A DNA stretch of 64,000 bases, taken from Methanobacteriota archaeon. GTDB lineage: Archaea > Thermoplasmatota > Thermoplasmata > SG8-5 > JAGLSY01. Below, piece by piece: positions 48,275 through 57,493 of this stretch. A program made the translations under genes and the position numbers. Under the pieces are notes generated by a model, which had not been told where the DNA came from, made no database searches, and saw only the letters and a program-made list of their open reading frames with translations. Numbering within the stretch: position 1 is the first letter of the stretch; each line of letters opens with the position of its first letter. The stretch is from contig JAEHCO010000003.1 of the NCBI GenBank assembly GCA_020697715.1, positions 96,001 through 160,000 on the forward strand, in the 5' to 3' direction.

Positions 48275-50275
48275 ATGAAAGTCAAGACCCAAATGTCAAA
48301 TTTCGATATCTCAGCCTTTGTTAGAGAGAGTCAGGATTATCTCGGTATGCAGGTGGAGAAGGTATTCCAGATGTCCTATACCGAGGTCTGGCTTCGGCTT
48401 TCTGCCAAAGGCAAAAAAGCGACCCTCGTGGTCAAGCTGGGCAAGGCCATGTGGTTTGAAGATGAATATCTGAAATCCGATCTTCAGCCGCCGAACTTCG
48501 CCATGTTGATGAGAAAATACCTGGGTAAAAAGAGGTTGAATTCTATTAGCCAGCATGGTTTTGACAGGATCGTCGTGATGGAATTTGGAGCTGAGAATCA
48601 ATTCAAACTTATAATCGAGGGCTTCGGCAAGGGTAATATGATCCTGGTCGAGGGAGATAAGATAATAAAGCCCATGACATCCAAATCATGGAGGCACCGG
48701 GATATCAAGCCAGGTGCGATCTACAAATTCCCTCCAGAGGGTATCAATCCATTGGATCTCGATCTGGAGGATGTATCCGAAATATTGACTGGCTCGGACA
48801 GAGACATGGTCCGAGCATTGGCCACACAGGTCAACCTCGGCGGTAGTTACGCCGAGGAGATCTGCGAATATCTTGATCTTGATAAATCCATGAAAGCAAG
48901 TGAGGTGAATGAATCCCAGATCGCCAGTATCATGGAGGCCATGGGTTCCCTGATAGCTCGTCTGGATACTCCATTCCCGGTGATAAAATATGATGATGGG
49001 GAAGTTTTGGATTTCCTCCCCCTTGCTTTGCAGGACCTTTCTGATAGAGAATATAGGTCATTCGACACCTTCAATATCGCTCTCAAGGAATATTTCAATT
49101 CCCTTCCAGATGTCGTGAATGATGAGGATGAGGATTATGTATCGCCTGAGACCCAGCGCCTTGAAAGACAGGCTGAACATCAGACCGAGGCCATTGAAAA
49201 GATGGAATTCGATATAGTGGAGTATCAGCGATTGGGCGATCTCATATATGCGGAATATGCCAGGTTCGAGAAGATACTGGCAGCTACAAGGGCCATACTG
49301 GATGACAAAGGCTGGAAGGCATCCAAGGCGGAGCTGGAACAATGGGACAAGGTGATATCTTTTGACCCGGATTCCGGCATATTGGAGATGAAGTTGGAAG
49401 ATGATTCTCACATCTCATTGGATGTGAGGAACAATGTGAATGACAATGCTGGTTTCCAATATCACAAATCCAAGAGATCGAGGAAAAGACTTGAAGGGGC
49501 GAGGGAAGCCCTGGGCGAGACCCTCGGACTTCTTAAAAAGACCATGAAGGAGGATTTCAAGAAGACAGTCGCTCGTAAAAAATCACCAACCCGTCAGATG
49601 TGGTTTGACAGGTATCGGTGGTTCCTTTCAAGCGAGGGATTCCTCGTGGTGGGGGGACGAGATGCCAGATCCAATGACAAGGTGGTGAAGAAGCATCTGA
49701 AAGATGATGGCATCTATGTTCATGCGGATATACATGGAGCTCCCAGCATAATCGTGATGAAAGGCCGTGATGCTGGTGAAGATACTCTCACTGAGGCCTG
49801 TGAGTTCGGAGTTTGCCAATCAAAGGCATGGAAGGCCAAGCTAGCCAGCGGCAATGCCTTTTGGGTCAAGCCAGACCAGGTGAGCAAAACAGCTCAGCCC
49901 GGGGAGTTCCTCGCAAGAGGGGCATTCATGATAAGAGGCAAGAGGAATATCCAAACCAAGCTGGAAATGAAATTGGCCATTGGAGAGATAATGTTTGAAG
50001 GTGAGCGCAAGATCATGTGCGCCCCCATAAGCTCCATGAAGGCCCACACTTCGGATTTCTACGAGATAATACCTGGAGAGATGAATTCCAATATATTTGC
50101 TAAAAAGGCATCCGACCATTATAATGTGCCGATCGAGGAAATAAGTAGAATATTACCTCCTGGGGATCTTGATATTGTTCGTTCACCCTCTGTAATAAAA
50201 GTAGATCCAGAGCCCGAAGTCGATACAGGTTCTGAAGTTGATATTGATAATGAAGTTGATATAGATACCGAATAG
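48275..50275 (+). CDS. rqc2: Rqc2/RqcH (NFACT) ribosome quality-control factor
   Basis: MSNFDI, Q.GFDR, GKGN, WFDRYRWF, HADIHGAP and GAFMIRGKRN motifs. Confidence 0.92.
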   Translation: MKVKTQMSNFDISAFVRESQDYLGMQVEKVFQMSYTEVWLRLSAKGKKATLVVKLGKAMWFEDEYLKSDLQPPNFAMLMRKYLGKKRLNSISQHGFDRIVVMEFGAENQFKLIIEGFGKGNMILVEGDKIIKPMTSKSWRHRDIKPGAIYKFPPEGINPLDLDLEDVSEILTGSDRDMVRALATQVNLGGSYAEEICEYLDLDKSMKASEVNESQIASIMEAMGSLIARLDTPFPVIKYDDGEVLDFLPLALQDLSDREYRSFDTFNIALKEYFNSLPDVVNDEDEDYVSPETQRLERQAEHQTEAIEKMEFDIVEYQRLGDLIYAEYARFEKILAATRAILDDKGWKASKAELEQWDKVISFDPDSGILEMKLEDDSHISLDVRNNVNDNAGFQYHKSKRSRKRLEGAREALGETLGLLKKTMKEDFKKTVARKKSPTRQMWFDRYRWFLSSEGFLVVGGRDARSNDKVVKKHLKDDGIYVHADIHGAPSIIVMKGRDAGEDTLTEACEFGVCQSKAWKAKLASGNAFWVKPDQVSKTAQPGEFLARGAFMIRGKRNIQTKLEMKLAIGEIMFEGERKIMCAPISSMKAHTSDFYEIIPGEMNSNIFAKKASDHYNVPIEEISRILPPGDLDIVRSPSVIKVDPEPEVDTGSEVDIDNEVDIDTE

Positions 50276-50276
50276 A

Positions 50277-52046
50277 TCAGTATCCGGCTTTGATGTTCTC
50301 AACCATGGCGAGGCATTCGTTCATCTTATCAAATGATTCCTTGAATTTCCTTTCTTCAAGGAGTTTTTTCGCCATGCTGACCGAATCTATTATTCGATCC
50401 ACATTCTGGCCTTGTATCTTCATGTCCCTGGCCATTTGAGCTATAAGCCCTAGATCTTCATTGGCCTTATTGACGAAGGCCTCTTCTATCTGTCTTCGTC
50501 CCTGTTTCATGAGGGCGACTGCTCCATGCAAGTTCTGTTTCTTGCTCTCATTGACCCCCTGGGCGATGATCTTCTTCTGAGGCAATACGTCTATGGATAA
50601 TTCCTTGGCAAGTAATAGAAGCGGCTTAATGGCACCTGCGTGAATAGCGAGACTTCTCTTCAGAACCTTTGGATCCTCTTCAGGTTCTGGCTCCGGTTCT
50701 GCCTCCATGACCTCGATGGTTTCCTCGACGATCTCTTCCTCTTCCGGAACTTCTTCTTCTTCCACGGTTTCGTATATGACTTCCTCTTCCGGAACTTCTT
50801 CTTCCACGGTTTCGTATATGACTTCCTCTTCCGGAATTTCTTCTTCCACGGTTTCGTATATGACTTCCTCTTCCGGAACTTCTTCTTCAATGAATTCTGG
50901 TGCTGCGACCTCAGGTTCTTCAGTTTCCTGGAATTCTTCCACGGTCTCGTATGTGGTTGTTTCTTCTTCCGTGGGATCATCAACTTCTTCGTTCTCTGGT
51001 ACATCAGATAGGATATCATCATCTTCGACATCCTCCAATGATCCGGATTCTATCGTGGAAGGTTGGATGGCTTCAAGGACATCCGTATCTGACATCTCTC
51101 CATCATCCAGATCATCTATGTCCTCATATGAAGGTAATTCAAATCCCTGGGATGAAATAACATGTGAATAGCAATCTGCGGCTTTCATTGGCTCGCTCAT
51201 CTTATTGTATACCTCGGCCTTGGATATCCAGGCATTTTGATATCCATCATCTATCTCCAGAGATTTATCAAAGGATGCCAGTGCCATATCGAACTCTTCC
51301 ATCTTCATGAGGGTCGAACCTCGTGCGTACCACAGCTCTTTATTGCTAGGATCCTCCTTTAGTTTTGTATCGTAATATGCCAGAGCCATCACATCTGGGT
51401 CATCACCATCAGCTCCCTGTTCCTGATGGTCGCGTAGTGTTGTGCCACATTCATAGCATCGGAATTCGAATGAGCTCACGATCGTATTGCATAGAGGGCA
51501 TGCATTCTCTTCCTCTATCTGAGCAAGATCCAGCTCCTTGCTTCTGATCTCTTCAAGGTCAATATCCCTCAGAGCTGTTTTGATCTCTCCAGCTGATTTT
51601 CGGCCTATGCCTTTTATCTTGACCAATTCCATTACAGAAGCTCTTTTCAGCTTCCTCAGATCTCCGTAGCCAGCGCCCAGAAGGATCTCCGCTCTAAGAG
51701 GTCCGACACCTGGAAGTTTTAGAAGATCTTCCATCTCCTTATCTATGTTCTCAGGGTCAAAGGTTCCACTGAGATTTAGATCATCAATATCCATATCTGG
51801 GTCAGGTTCCGAGAGAATGATCTCTTCCTCATCTGGCTCTTCGATAGTTTCATACTCATCATCCGAGGCCATTCCGATGCGGGTGCCACATTCATTACAG
51901 ATATTCTCCCCTTGTGGGACTATGTTTCCGCAGTCCGGGCACTCTACTGGCTCGGGTGCGGTGAAAACAGTTCCACATATGCTACAAGTTCCCTCATTAG
52001 CATTGATGGAGCCACCACAAATGGGACAATTATCACCAGACGTCAC
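50277..52046 (-). CDS. Uncharacterised Zn-ribbon / HhH / TPR / acidic-repeat protein
   Basis: Three CxxC...CxxC pairs; LPGVG and IKGIG HhH motifs; two TPRs; E-rich repeats; helical C-terminus. Confidence 0.8.
   Translation of the reverse strand: MTSGDNCPICGGSINANEGTCSICGTVFTAPEPVECPDCGNIVPQGENICNECGTRIGMASDDEYETIEEPDEEEIILSEPDPDMDIDDLNLSGTFDPENIDKEMEDLLKLPGVGPLRAEILLGAGYGDLRKLKRASVMELVKIKGIGRKSAGEIKTALRDIDLEEIRSKELDLAQIEEENACPLCNTIVSSFEFRCYECGTTLRDHQEQGADGDDPDVMALAYYDTKLKEDPSNKELWYARGSTLMKMEEFDMALASFDKSLEIDDGYQNAWISKAEVYNKMSEPMKAADCYSHVISSQGFELPSYEDIDDLDDGEMSDTDVLEAIQPSTIESGSLEDVEDDDILSDVPENEEVDDPTEEETTTYETVEEFQETEEPEVAAPEFIEEEVPEEEVIYETVEEEIPEEEVIYETVEEEVPEEEVIYETVEEEEVPEEEEIVEETIEVMEAEPEPEPEEDPKVLKRSLAIHAGAIKPLLLLAKELSIDVLPQKKIIAQGVNESKKQNLHGAVALMKQGRRQIEEAFVNKANEDLGLIAQMARDMKIQGQNVDRIIDSVSMAKKLLEERKFKESFDKMNECLAMVENIKAGY
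50740..50889 (-). repeat. 42-bp in-frame tandem repeat (about 3.5 copies), PEEEVIYETVEEE(V/I)
   Basis: ccgga recurs at 50744, 50789, 50831 and 50873. Confidence 0.9.
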
Positions 52047-52151
52047 AATACCCAGTATGTGATATATAAATAATATACTTTTCTCCTATGGGTATTTAAT
52101 ATTTTTCATTGCTCAAGCTTGAGCAATGGAAAATCCAAATAATATGGAAAG

Positions 52152-52268
52152 TGCCCGAACCGGAATTCGAATCCGGGTCAAAAGCTCCGCAAGCTTTCAG
52201 GATATCCTTTGTAGGAGCAACACGAAGCCTCGCAAGGCGAAGTGATGCTCTAGCTACCCCATTCGGGC
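52152..52268 (-). tRNA. tRNA-Arg(GCG) with a 43-nt D-loop intron (52209-52251)
   Basis: GCCCGAA/TTCGGGC acceptor, AAAGC-TTGCGGA-GCTTT anticodon arm and CCGGA-TTCGAAT-TCCGG T-arm; removing 43 nt gives a normal 74-nt cloverleaf. Confidence 0.88.
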
Positions 52269-52270
52269 GT

Positions 52271-52430
52271 ATTGAATCATCCCAAAGCTAATACCACAAT
52301 CTTTAGATTTTTAGATATAGAGTGATTGTGGTTAGCTTTGGTTGATTTCAATAAGGGCTCACTATCCTCAGTTCATCTTTACAGATTAACTGAGAGGATA
52401 CCCACGGCTGAAGCCGGGGAGCCCTCATTG
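52271..52430 (-). other. Two-hairpin leader element, copy 2 (upstream of tRNA-Arg)
   Basis: AGGGCTC/GAGCCCT multistem followed by a long ATTGAA..CCAAAGC/GCTTTGG..TTCAAT hairpin; homologous to 38053-38134. Confidence 0.65.
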
Positions 52431-52522
52431 GCCTTGAAATGCGAACCTGTTTATGAATGTTTGTGTGGCTCATTATATCCAGACATGATCTTCTTACATG
52501 TCTTTCGGCAGTATCGGCCTCA

Positions 52523-53002
52523 TCAGCCCAGCTTATTTCGCGTATATGCTAACAACCCACCAGCATCTCTAATGGCCAGTATCTCTTTGGGCAGTAAGGG
52601 GAAATTGAACTTCTGGCCGTCGATGATGATCTCGCCAGCATCGATGTCCATCTCCACCTCAGCACCTTCTTTGTAGGCCTGTACCGCTTCTGGACATTCG
52701 ATGAGCACCAGACCTTGATTGATGGCCGCCCGGTAGAATATCCTGGCATAGCCCTCGGCCACAATGGCCTTGATACCTATTGCCTTGAATCCCACAGTTG
52801 GCTGTTCACGGCTGGATCCGCAACCGAAGTTCCGGCCTGCGAATATTATGTCGCCGGCTTTCGCACCCTTGGCGAAGTCCGGGTCCAGGTCCTCCAGCAT
52901 ATGTGGTAGTATCTCCTCGGCTGTTCCACAAGTGTAGGTGTACTTGCCGGGAAATAGCATATCGGTGTTCACGCTGTCTCCGTATTTCCAAACTTTACTC
53001 AT
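52523..53002 (-). CDS. LeuD/HacB-type aconitase-family small subunit
   Basis: VNTD, NFGCGSSRE and ARIFYR motifs. Confidence 0.92.
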   Translation of the reverse strand: MSKVWKYGDSVNTDMLFPGKYTYTCGTAEEILPHMLEDLDPDFAKGAKAGDIIFAGRNFGCGSSREQPTVGFKAIGIKAIVAEGYARIFYRAAINQGLVLIECPEAVQAYKEGAEVEMDIDAGEIIIDGQKFNFPLLPKEILAIRDAGGLLAYTRNKLG

Positions 53003-53003
53003 T

Positions 53004-54266
53004 TCACACCACCGTCCTTGGGTCTGTAATTCTGCCATTGATCGCCGAAGCCGCCACGGTCTCCGGGGAAGCCAGGTATATCTCGGCTTCCTTGCACCCC
53101 ATCCTTCCCTTGAAGTTGCGATTGGCCGTGCTTATACATTTCTCTCCGGGAGCCAGCACGCCTTGATGAGCTCCAAGGCAAGGTCCACAGCCAGGTGGTA
53201 ATATCACACCGCCTGCTTCGCTCAGTGTCTTGATGATGCCCATGTCCAGTGCCTCTTCGTATATCTTCCTGGAGGCTGGCAGTACCAGTAATCTTGTATC
53301 CGGGTGGACTTTTTTGCCCTTCAGGATATTGGCCGCGGCCACCAGATCCGATAGGCGGCCATTGGTGCATGTTCCGATAAGGCATTGGTCCACCTTTGTG
53401 TCTGATAGATCCTTTGCCAGGCATTTATTGTCAACCTGGTGAGGGCAAGCGACCACTGGCTCGATAGCCGAGAGATCGTATTCCTTCTCCATGTAATATT
53501 CAGCGTCATCATCTGCCCAAACCGCATCATAATCAGATGGAGCCAGTCCTATTGAATTGAGATATTCCACAGCCACTTTATCAACTGGGAAGGTGGCATT
53601 TTTTGCCCCCATCTCGATACCCATATTGGATATGACGAATCGGTCTTCAATTGAAAGCTGACCGATATCTCCCCAGAACTCGACCGAGCAATAGGTTGCT
53701 CCATCGGCGGCTATATCGCCGATGATGTGCAGGATTATGTCCTTGGCCGATACTCCTTTCTGCAACTGGCCTTTCAATGTCATCTTGATGGTCTTGGGAA
53801 CCTTGAGCCATGTCTCTCCGGTCAGAATGAGGGACGCGGCCTCGGTTCTGTCGATGCCAGTTGAAAAACATCCAACAGCTCCATATGAACATGTATGCGA
53901 ATCACTTCCAAGAACTATTCCGCCAGGCAATGCCAGTCCCTTCTCAAAGACTATCTGATGGCAGATGCCATGACCGACATCGAAGAAATTCTCGATGTCG
54001 AATTTCTTCACGAATTTCCGTATGTCTTGATGATTGGTAGCTGTCTTCTCGCTGGCCGCTGGTGCGACATGATCTATAACTATGACTGGAAGCTGTTTGC
54101 TTACCACGCCATGCTTATCCAGGTCATCTTTTATCTTGGCGGTTATTGCCGCGGCATTATCGTGCATCAGGAGATGGTCTGGCTTGATCATCACGATCTG
54201 ACCGGGAACAACCGAATCGTTCCCGGATCTCTTTGCCAGCACCTTCTCCGCAAAGGTTTTTCCCAT
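53004..54266 (-). CDS. LeuC/HacA-type aconitase-family large subunit
   Basis: DH, GICHQ, DSHTC, GTCTNG, CGPCLG and NRNFKGRMG motifs. Confidence 0.93.
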   Translation of the reverse strand: MGKTFAEKVLAKRSGNDSVVPGQIVMIKPDHLLMHDNAAAITAKIKDDLDKHGVVSKQLPVIVIDHVAPAASEKTATNHQDIRKFVKKFDIENFFDVGHGICHQIVFEKGLALPGGIVLGSDSHTCSYGAVGCFSTGIDRTEAASLILTGETWLKVPKTIKMTLKGQLQKGVSAKDIILHIIGDIAADGATYCSVEFWGDIGQLSIEDRFVISNMGIEMGAKNATFPVDKVAVEYLNSIGLAPSDYDAVWADDDAEYYMEKEYDLSAIEPVVACPHQVDNKCLAKDLSDTKVDQCLIGTCTNGRLSDLVAAANILKGKKVHPDTRLLVLPASRKIYEEALDMGIIKTLSEAGGVILPPGCGPCLGAHQGVLAPGEKCISTANRNFKGRMGCKEAEIYLASPETVAASAINGRITDPRTVV

Positions 54267-54282
54267 TATGAATCACTCCATC

Positions 54283-54861
54283 TCACTCGTTGATCAAATT
54301 GCCCTTTGTTATCATGACCAGTGGATTGAAAGTGGCGAAATCCGCCTGATGTACCAGCACGGTCTCTATGACCTGTGGCCTGCCATCGCCTTCCTTGGCA
54401 TGGCATCCTATGACATTGACAATTTCCTCAGGCAATCCTATCTCATCGGCCAGGATAGCTCCGGATATTGGGTGTCTGGCACACTTTCCAGCATGGCTTT
54501 TCCTGTATCCGCCTTGTCCATCCTTCTCGAACTCCATGAGCTTGCCGACATCATGGAGAATTCCTCCGGCTATGAGCCGATCATAATCAATTCCATAGGG
54601 CATGTTGGCATAGTGCTTTTCCTGGGCCTTTGCCAACTGTAGTGCGCCCTCGGTAACTGCTAGGGTATGCTCGATGAAGTTAACGCCCTTACAATCCGTC
54701 AGTAGTGTGAAGGGCATTGCCTTCAGCTCGTCCACACTCTGCCAGTTGCCTCTCTCGCAACCGATCACCCAGGCCTTGACAGTGCCTTCGCGGATGTTCT
54801 CGTCCTTGATCATTGACAGGTATGGGCCAAATAATTCTTCGATATCGCTTTTGCTTATCAT
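54283..54861 (-). CDS. HD-domain phosphohydrolase
   Basis: IEH...LHDVGK...RH...H...HQAD motif series. Confidence 0.85.
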   Translation of the reverse strand: MISKSDIEELFGPYLSMIKDENIREGTVKAWVIGCERGNWQSVDELKAMPFTLLTDCKGVNFIEHTLAVTEGALQLAKAQEKHYANMPYGIDYDRLIAGGILHDVGKLMEFEKDGQGGYRKSHAGKCARHPISGAILADEIGLPEEIVNVIGCHAKEGDGRPQVIETVLVHQADFATFNPLVMITKGNLINE

Positions 54862-54942
54862 GATTAATCATCTCCTTTCTGAGACTTTCAGGTTTTACCT
54901 GAAACAATAAAGGGGTTAATGAATGTTGGTATTTATCCTATA

Positions 54943-55812
54943 TCAGCTGATGACCAATTCCTTTTCCAGCTTCTTCCAGATATCCTTTATATCAGCGGCC
55001 AGCTGACCAACAGAGAATTCCACCACCGTTTTCTCATCCATCATGGCCCTGGTGGCTGTTTCGTCATAGGCCAGTTTTCCGATAACCCCAATTCCCTCTG
55101 CCTTGCAGAACTCGATTATGTCGGCTGTATTCTCTTCATTGATATCGTATTTGTTTATGCAAGCCACCGTGGGAACCTGAAAATGTCTGGCAACCTCGAT
55201 CATCCTCTTTGCATCATGTATGCCAGACAGTGTGGGCTCTATGACTATAAGAACAAGATCAACGCCAGTTATCGAAGCGATGACCGTACATCCGGTTCCT
55301 GGCGGTCCATCAATGATAATGAGATCATTTTCTTCTTTTTCGGCTATCTTCCTGGCCTTCTCCCTTACCAGGGCAACCAGCTTGCCAGTTGCTTCCTCAC
55401 CTGGATGCATCTTCGCATGTACCATCTTTCCAAACCTGGTATCCGATACATAGGATTCGCCAGCCACTCTTTGGACCATTTTGATGGCTCCAACTGGACA
55501 TACCAGTTCGCAGACAGCGCACCCTTCGCATTTTTCGAGATGCAGAGTATTGTCGGAGTCAAATGAACTATATCTGCAATTATCATAACATAGGCCACAA
55601 TCCGTGCAGATATCATCATTCTTCTGCGCGACATTCAGGCCGTGAAAGTTCTCACTGCTTCTAATTTGAGGATGGAGCAGTAGGTGCATGTCCGCGGCAT
55701 CAACATCTGCATCGACTATCACGAGGTTCTTAGCCAGTGCTGTAAAGGCGGCTGTAAGGGTGGTCTTTCCAGAACCACCCTTTCCGCTTATAATCGTGAT
55801 CTGTTTGACCAT
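54943..55812 (-). CDS. MinD-superfamily ATPase with inserted ferredoxin (COG1149-like)
   Basis: SGKGGSGKT, DADVD, 2x CxxCxxC and DGPPGTGC motifs. Confidence 0.9.
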   Translation of the reverse strand: MVKQITIISGKGGSGKTTLTAAFTALAKNLVIVDADVDAADMHLLLHPQIRSSENFHGLNVAQKNDDICTDCGLCYDNCRYSSFDSDNTLHLEKCEGCAVCELVCPVGAIKMVQRVAGESYVSDTRFGKMVHAKMHPGEEATGKLVALVREKARKIAEKEENDLIIIDGPPGTGCTVIASITGVDLVLIVIEPTLSGIHDAKRMIEVARHFQVPTVACINKYDINEENTADIIEFCKAEGIGVIGKLAYDETATRAMMDEKTVVEFSVGQLAADIKDIWKKLEKELVIS

Positions 55813-55813
55813 A

Positions 55814-56662
55814 TTATTCCACCCCCTGGGTTTTGACGATCTCTTTTATTTTATCATAGATCTTAATGAACTCCTGTTTGAACTCTGGGATTCCTTCAAC
55901 AATTGGAATTCCTTTCGAGTACAACTTGGCGATATCCAGGTCATTGGGGATGGTGGCCAAGAGTGGAATACCATCTTCTTCACAAAATATCTCCACTCTA
56001 TTATCACCTATTCCAGCCCGATTTATCACGACTCCAAAAGGCGTTCCGATATTCCTTACCACGTCCACAGCCAGTTTTAGATCATGCAATCCAAAAGGTG
56101 TTGGCTCGGTCACCAGAATGACAAAATCCGAATCACTCATGGCCTCCACCGCAGGGCACGCTGTACCTGGTGGGGAATCAAAAATGATATTCTTATCTGG
56201 AGAAGCCAATTCCTTGACCGCTTTGATTATTGGAACTCCAAAAGGCTCTCCGATCTTAAGAAGGCCATGGTACAGTTCCATTTCTTCCATACCCCCTTTT
56301 TCTATGATGCCCAGCACATGTTCTGTCTCGGATACTGCGTCATTCGGGCATATGATCTTGCACCCTCCACAGCCATGACAAAGCTCCTCAAAGAAGAGTA
56401 ATTTATTTTTGATGATAGCTATGGCATTGTATTGGCAGAATTCCGCACATTTCCCACATCTATCACATTTTTCCAGATCGAACCTGGGTATTGGAATTCC
56501 AATTTCCCTGACCCTTTCCATGGGCTCCTTGAAGAATAGATGGCAATTCGGCTCCTCCACATCACAATCTATGAGCATGGCATTATCCATGCTCAATGCT
56601 AGATTGACCGATATAGTGGTCTTGCCAGTTCCTCCTTTTCCACTGGCTACGGATATTTTCAT
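55814..56662 (-). CDS. MinD-superfamily ATPase with inserted ferredoxin (COG1149-like)
   Basis: SGKGGTGKT, DCDVEEPN, 2x CxxCxxC and DSPPGTAC motifs. Confidence 0.9.
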   Translation of the reverse strand: MKISVASGKGGTGKTTISVNLALSMDNAMLIDCDVEEPNCHLFFKEPMERVREIGIPIPRFDLEKCDRCGKCAEFCQYNAIAIIKNKLLFFEELCHGCGGCKIICPNDAVSETEHVLGIIEKGGMEEMELYHGLLKIGEPFGVPIIKAVKELASPDKNIIFDSPPGTACPAVEAMSDSDFVILVTEPTPFGLHDLKLAVDVVRNIGTPFGVVINRAGIGDNRVEIFCEEDGIPLLATIPNDLDIAKLYSKGIPIVEGIPEFKQEFIKIYDKIKEIVKTQGVE

Positions 56663-56687
56663 TGTATCACGCTTCATCTTTTCAATA

Positions 56688-57104
56688 TTAATTCCCGCAG
56701 CCTCCGCCATGATCATGACCCTGCCCATCTCCATGCCCTTCACCCCTGAAGGCATGTTGTGCACAGGCTGAATCCTGAGTGGCCTTGGTAAGTTTCTCGC
56801 TCATGTATAGGCCTATGGCATCCTCCACGGTTCCAGTGGCACCCATGTAAACACAAATGCCCGCCTGTTCGAACATTTGTATGGCCTTCTTGCCCAAGCC
56901 ACCACAGAGCATGATGTCCACTCCCAGCTTCGCGATGTTCTCGGCTGGATAGCCAGTCCCTCCTGTGTGAGAGCTGTTATTAGGTACTACTTTGACATCC
57001 TGCGTCTCGCTGTCATATATCGTGTATGTTGGAACTCGTCCAAAATGCTCGCCCACTTGCTCCTCCAGTCCTTTCTCTCCCATTGTCGGTATACATATTT
57101 TCAT
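56688..57104 (-). CDS. NifB/NifX family protein
   Basis: MKICIP, HFGRVP and CGGLG motifs; His/Gly-rich tail. Confidence 0.9.
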   Translation of the reverse strand: MKICIPTMGEKGLEEQVGEHFGRVPTYTIYDSETQDVKVVPNNSSHTGGTGYPAENIAKLGVDIMLCGGLGKKAIQMFEQAGICVYMGATGTVEDAIGLYMSEKLTKATQDSACAQHAFRGEGHGDGQGHDHGGGCGN

Positions 57105-57114
57105 ATTAGATCAC

Positions 57115-57489
57115 CTACCTTCTACCGCCCATGCCGGCATGGGAGCCGACATTCGCGCTATTTGCCTCCTCCAATTCTCCATTCTTGAATTTCTGTATCA
57201 TATCTTTGATAATGCCATTTGAACCTGTCAGAACCCTAATCCCAGCTGCCTCAAGGGCCTGGTATGCATTGGGTCCAACATTCCCTGTTATAAGCACTTC
57301 CACTCCTTTCTTGGATATTGCCTGTGCGGCTTGTGGTCCAGCCCCACCACTGGCATTCGCACTCTCATTGCTCACGGCCTCGAACTCCATTGTGTCTGGA
57401 TCAACTATTATGAAATAAACACATCTTCCAAACCTGGTGTCCACTTCAGATTCAAGGTCTTTGCCTTTTGATGTCATTGCGATCTTCAT
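57115..57489 (-). CDS. NifB/NifX family protein
   Basis: RFGRC, GGAGPQAA and TGNVGPNA motifs. Confidence 0.9.
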   Translation of the reverse strand: MKIAMTSKGKDLESEVDTRFGRCVYFIIVDPDTMEFEAVSNESANASGGAGPQAAQAISKKGVEVLITGNVGPNAYQALEAAGIRVLTGSNGIIKDMIQKFKNGELEEANSANVGSHAGMGGRR

Positions 57490-57493
57490 TAGA

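Noticed and set aside
46196-50889. Tandem repeats as CRISPR arrays
   Set aside because: In-frame coding repeats without unique spacers, and no cas genes
31686-52268. Provirus or genomic island integrated at one of the tRNAs
   Set aside because: No integrase, no direct att duplication, and the flanks are housekeeping genes
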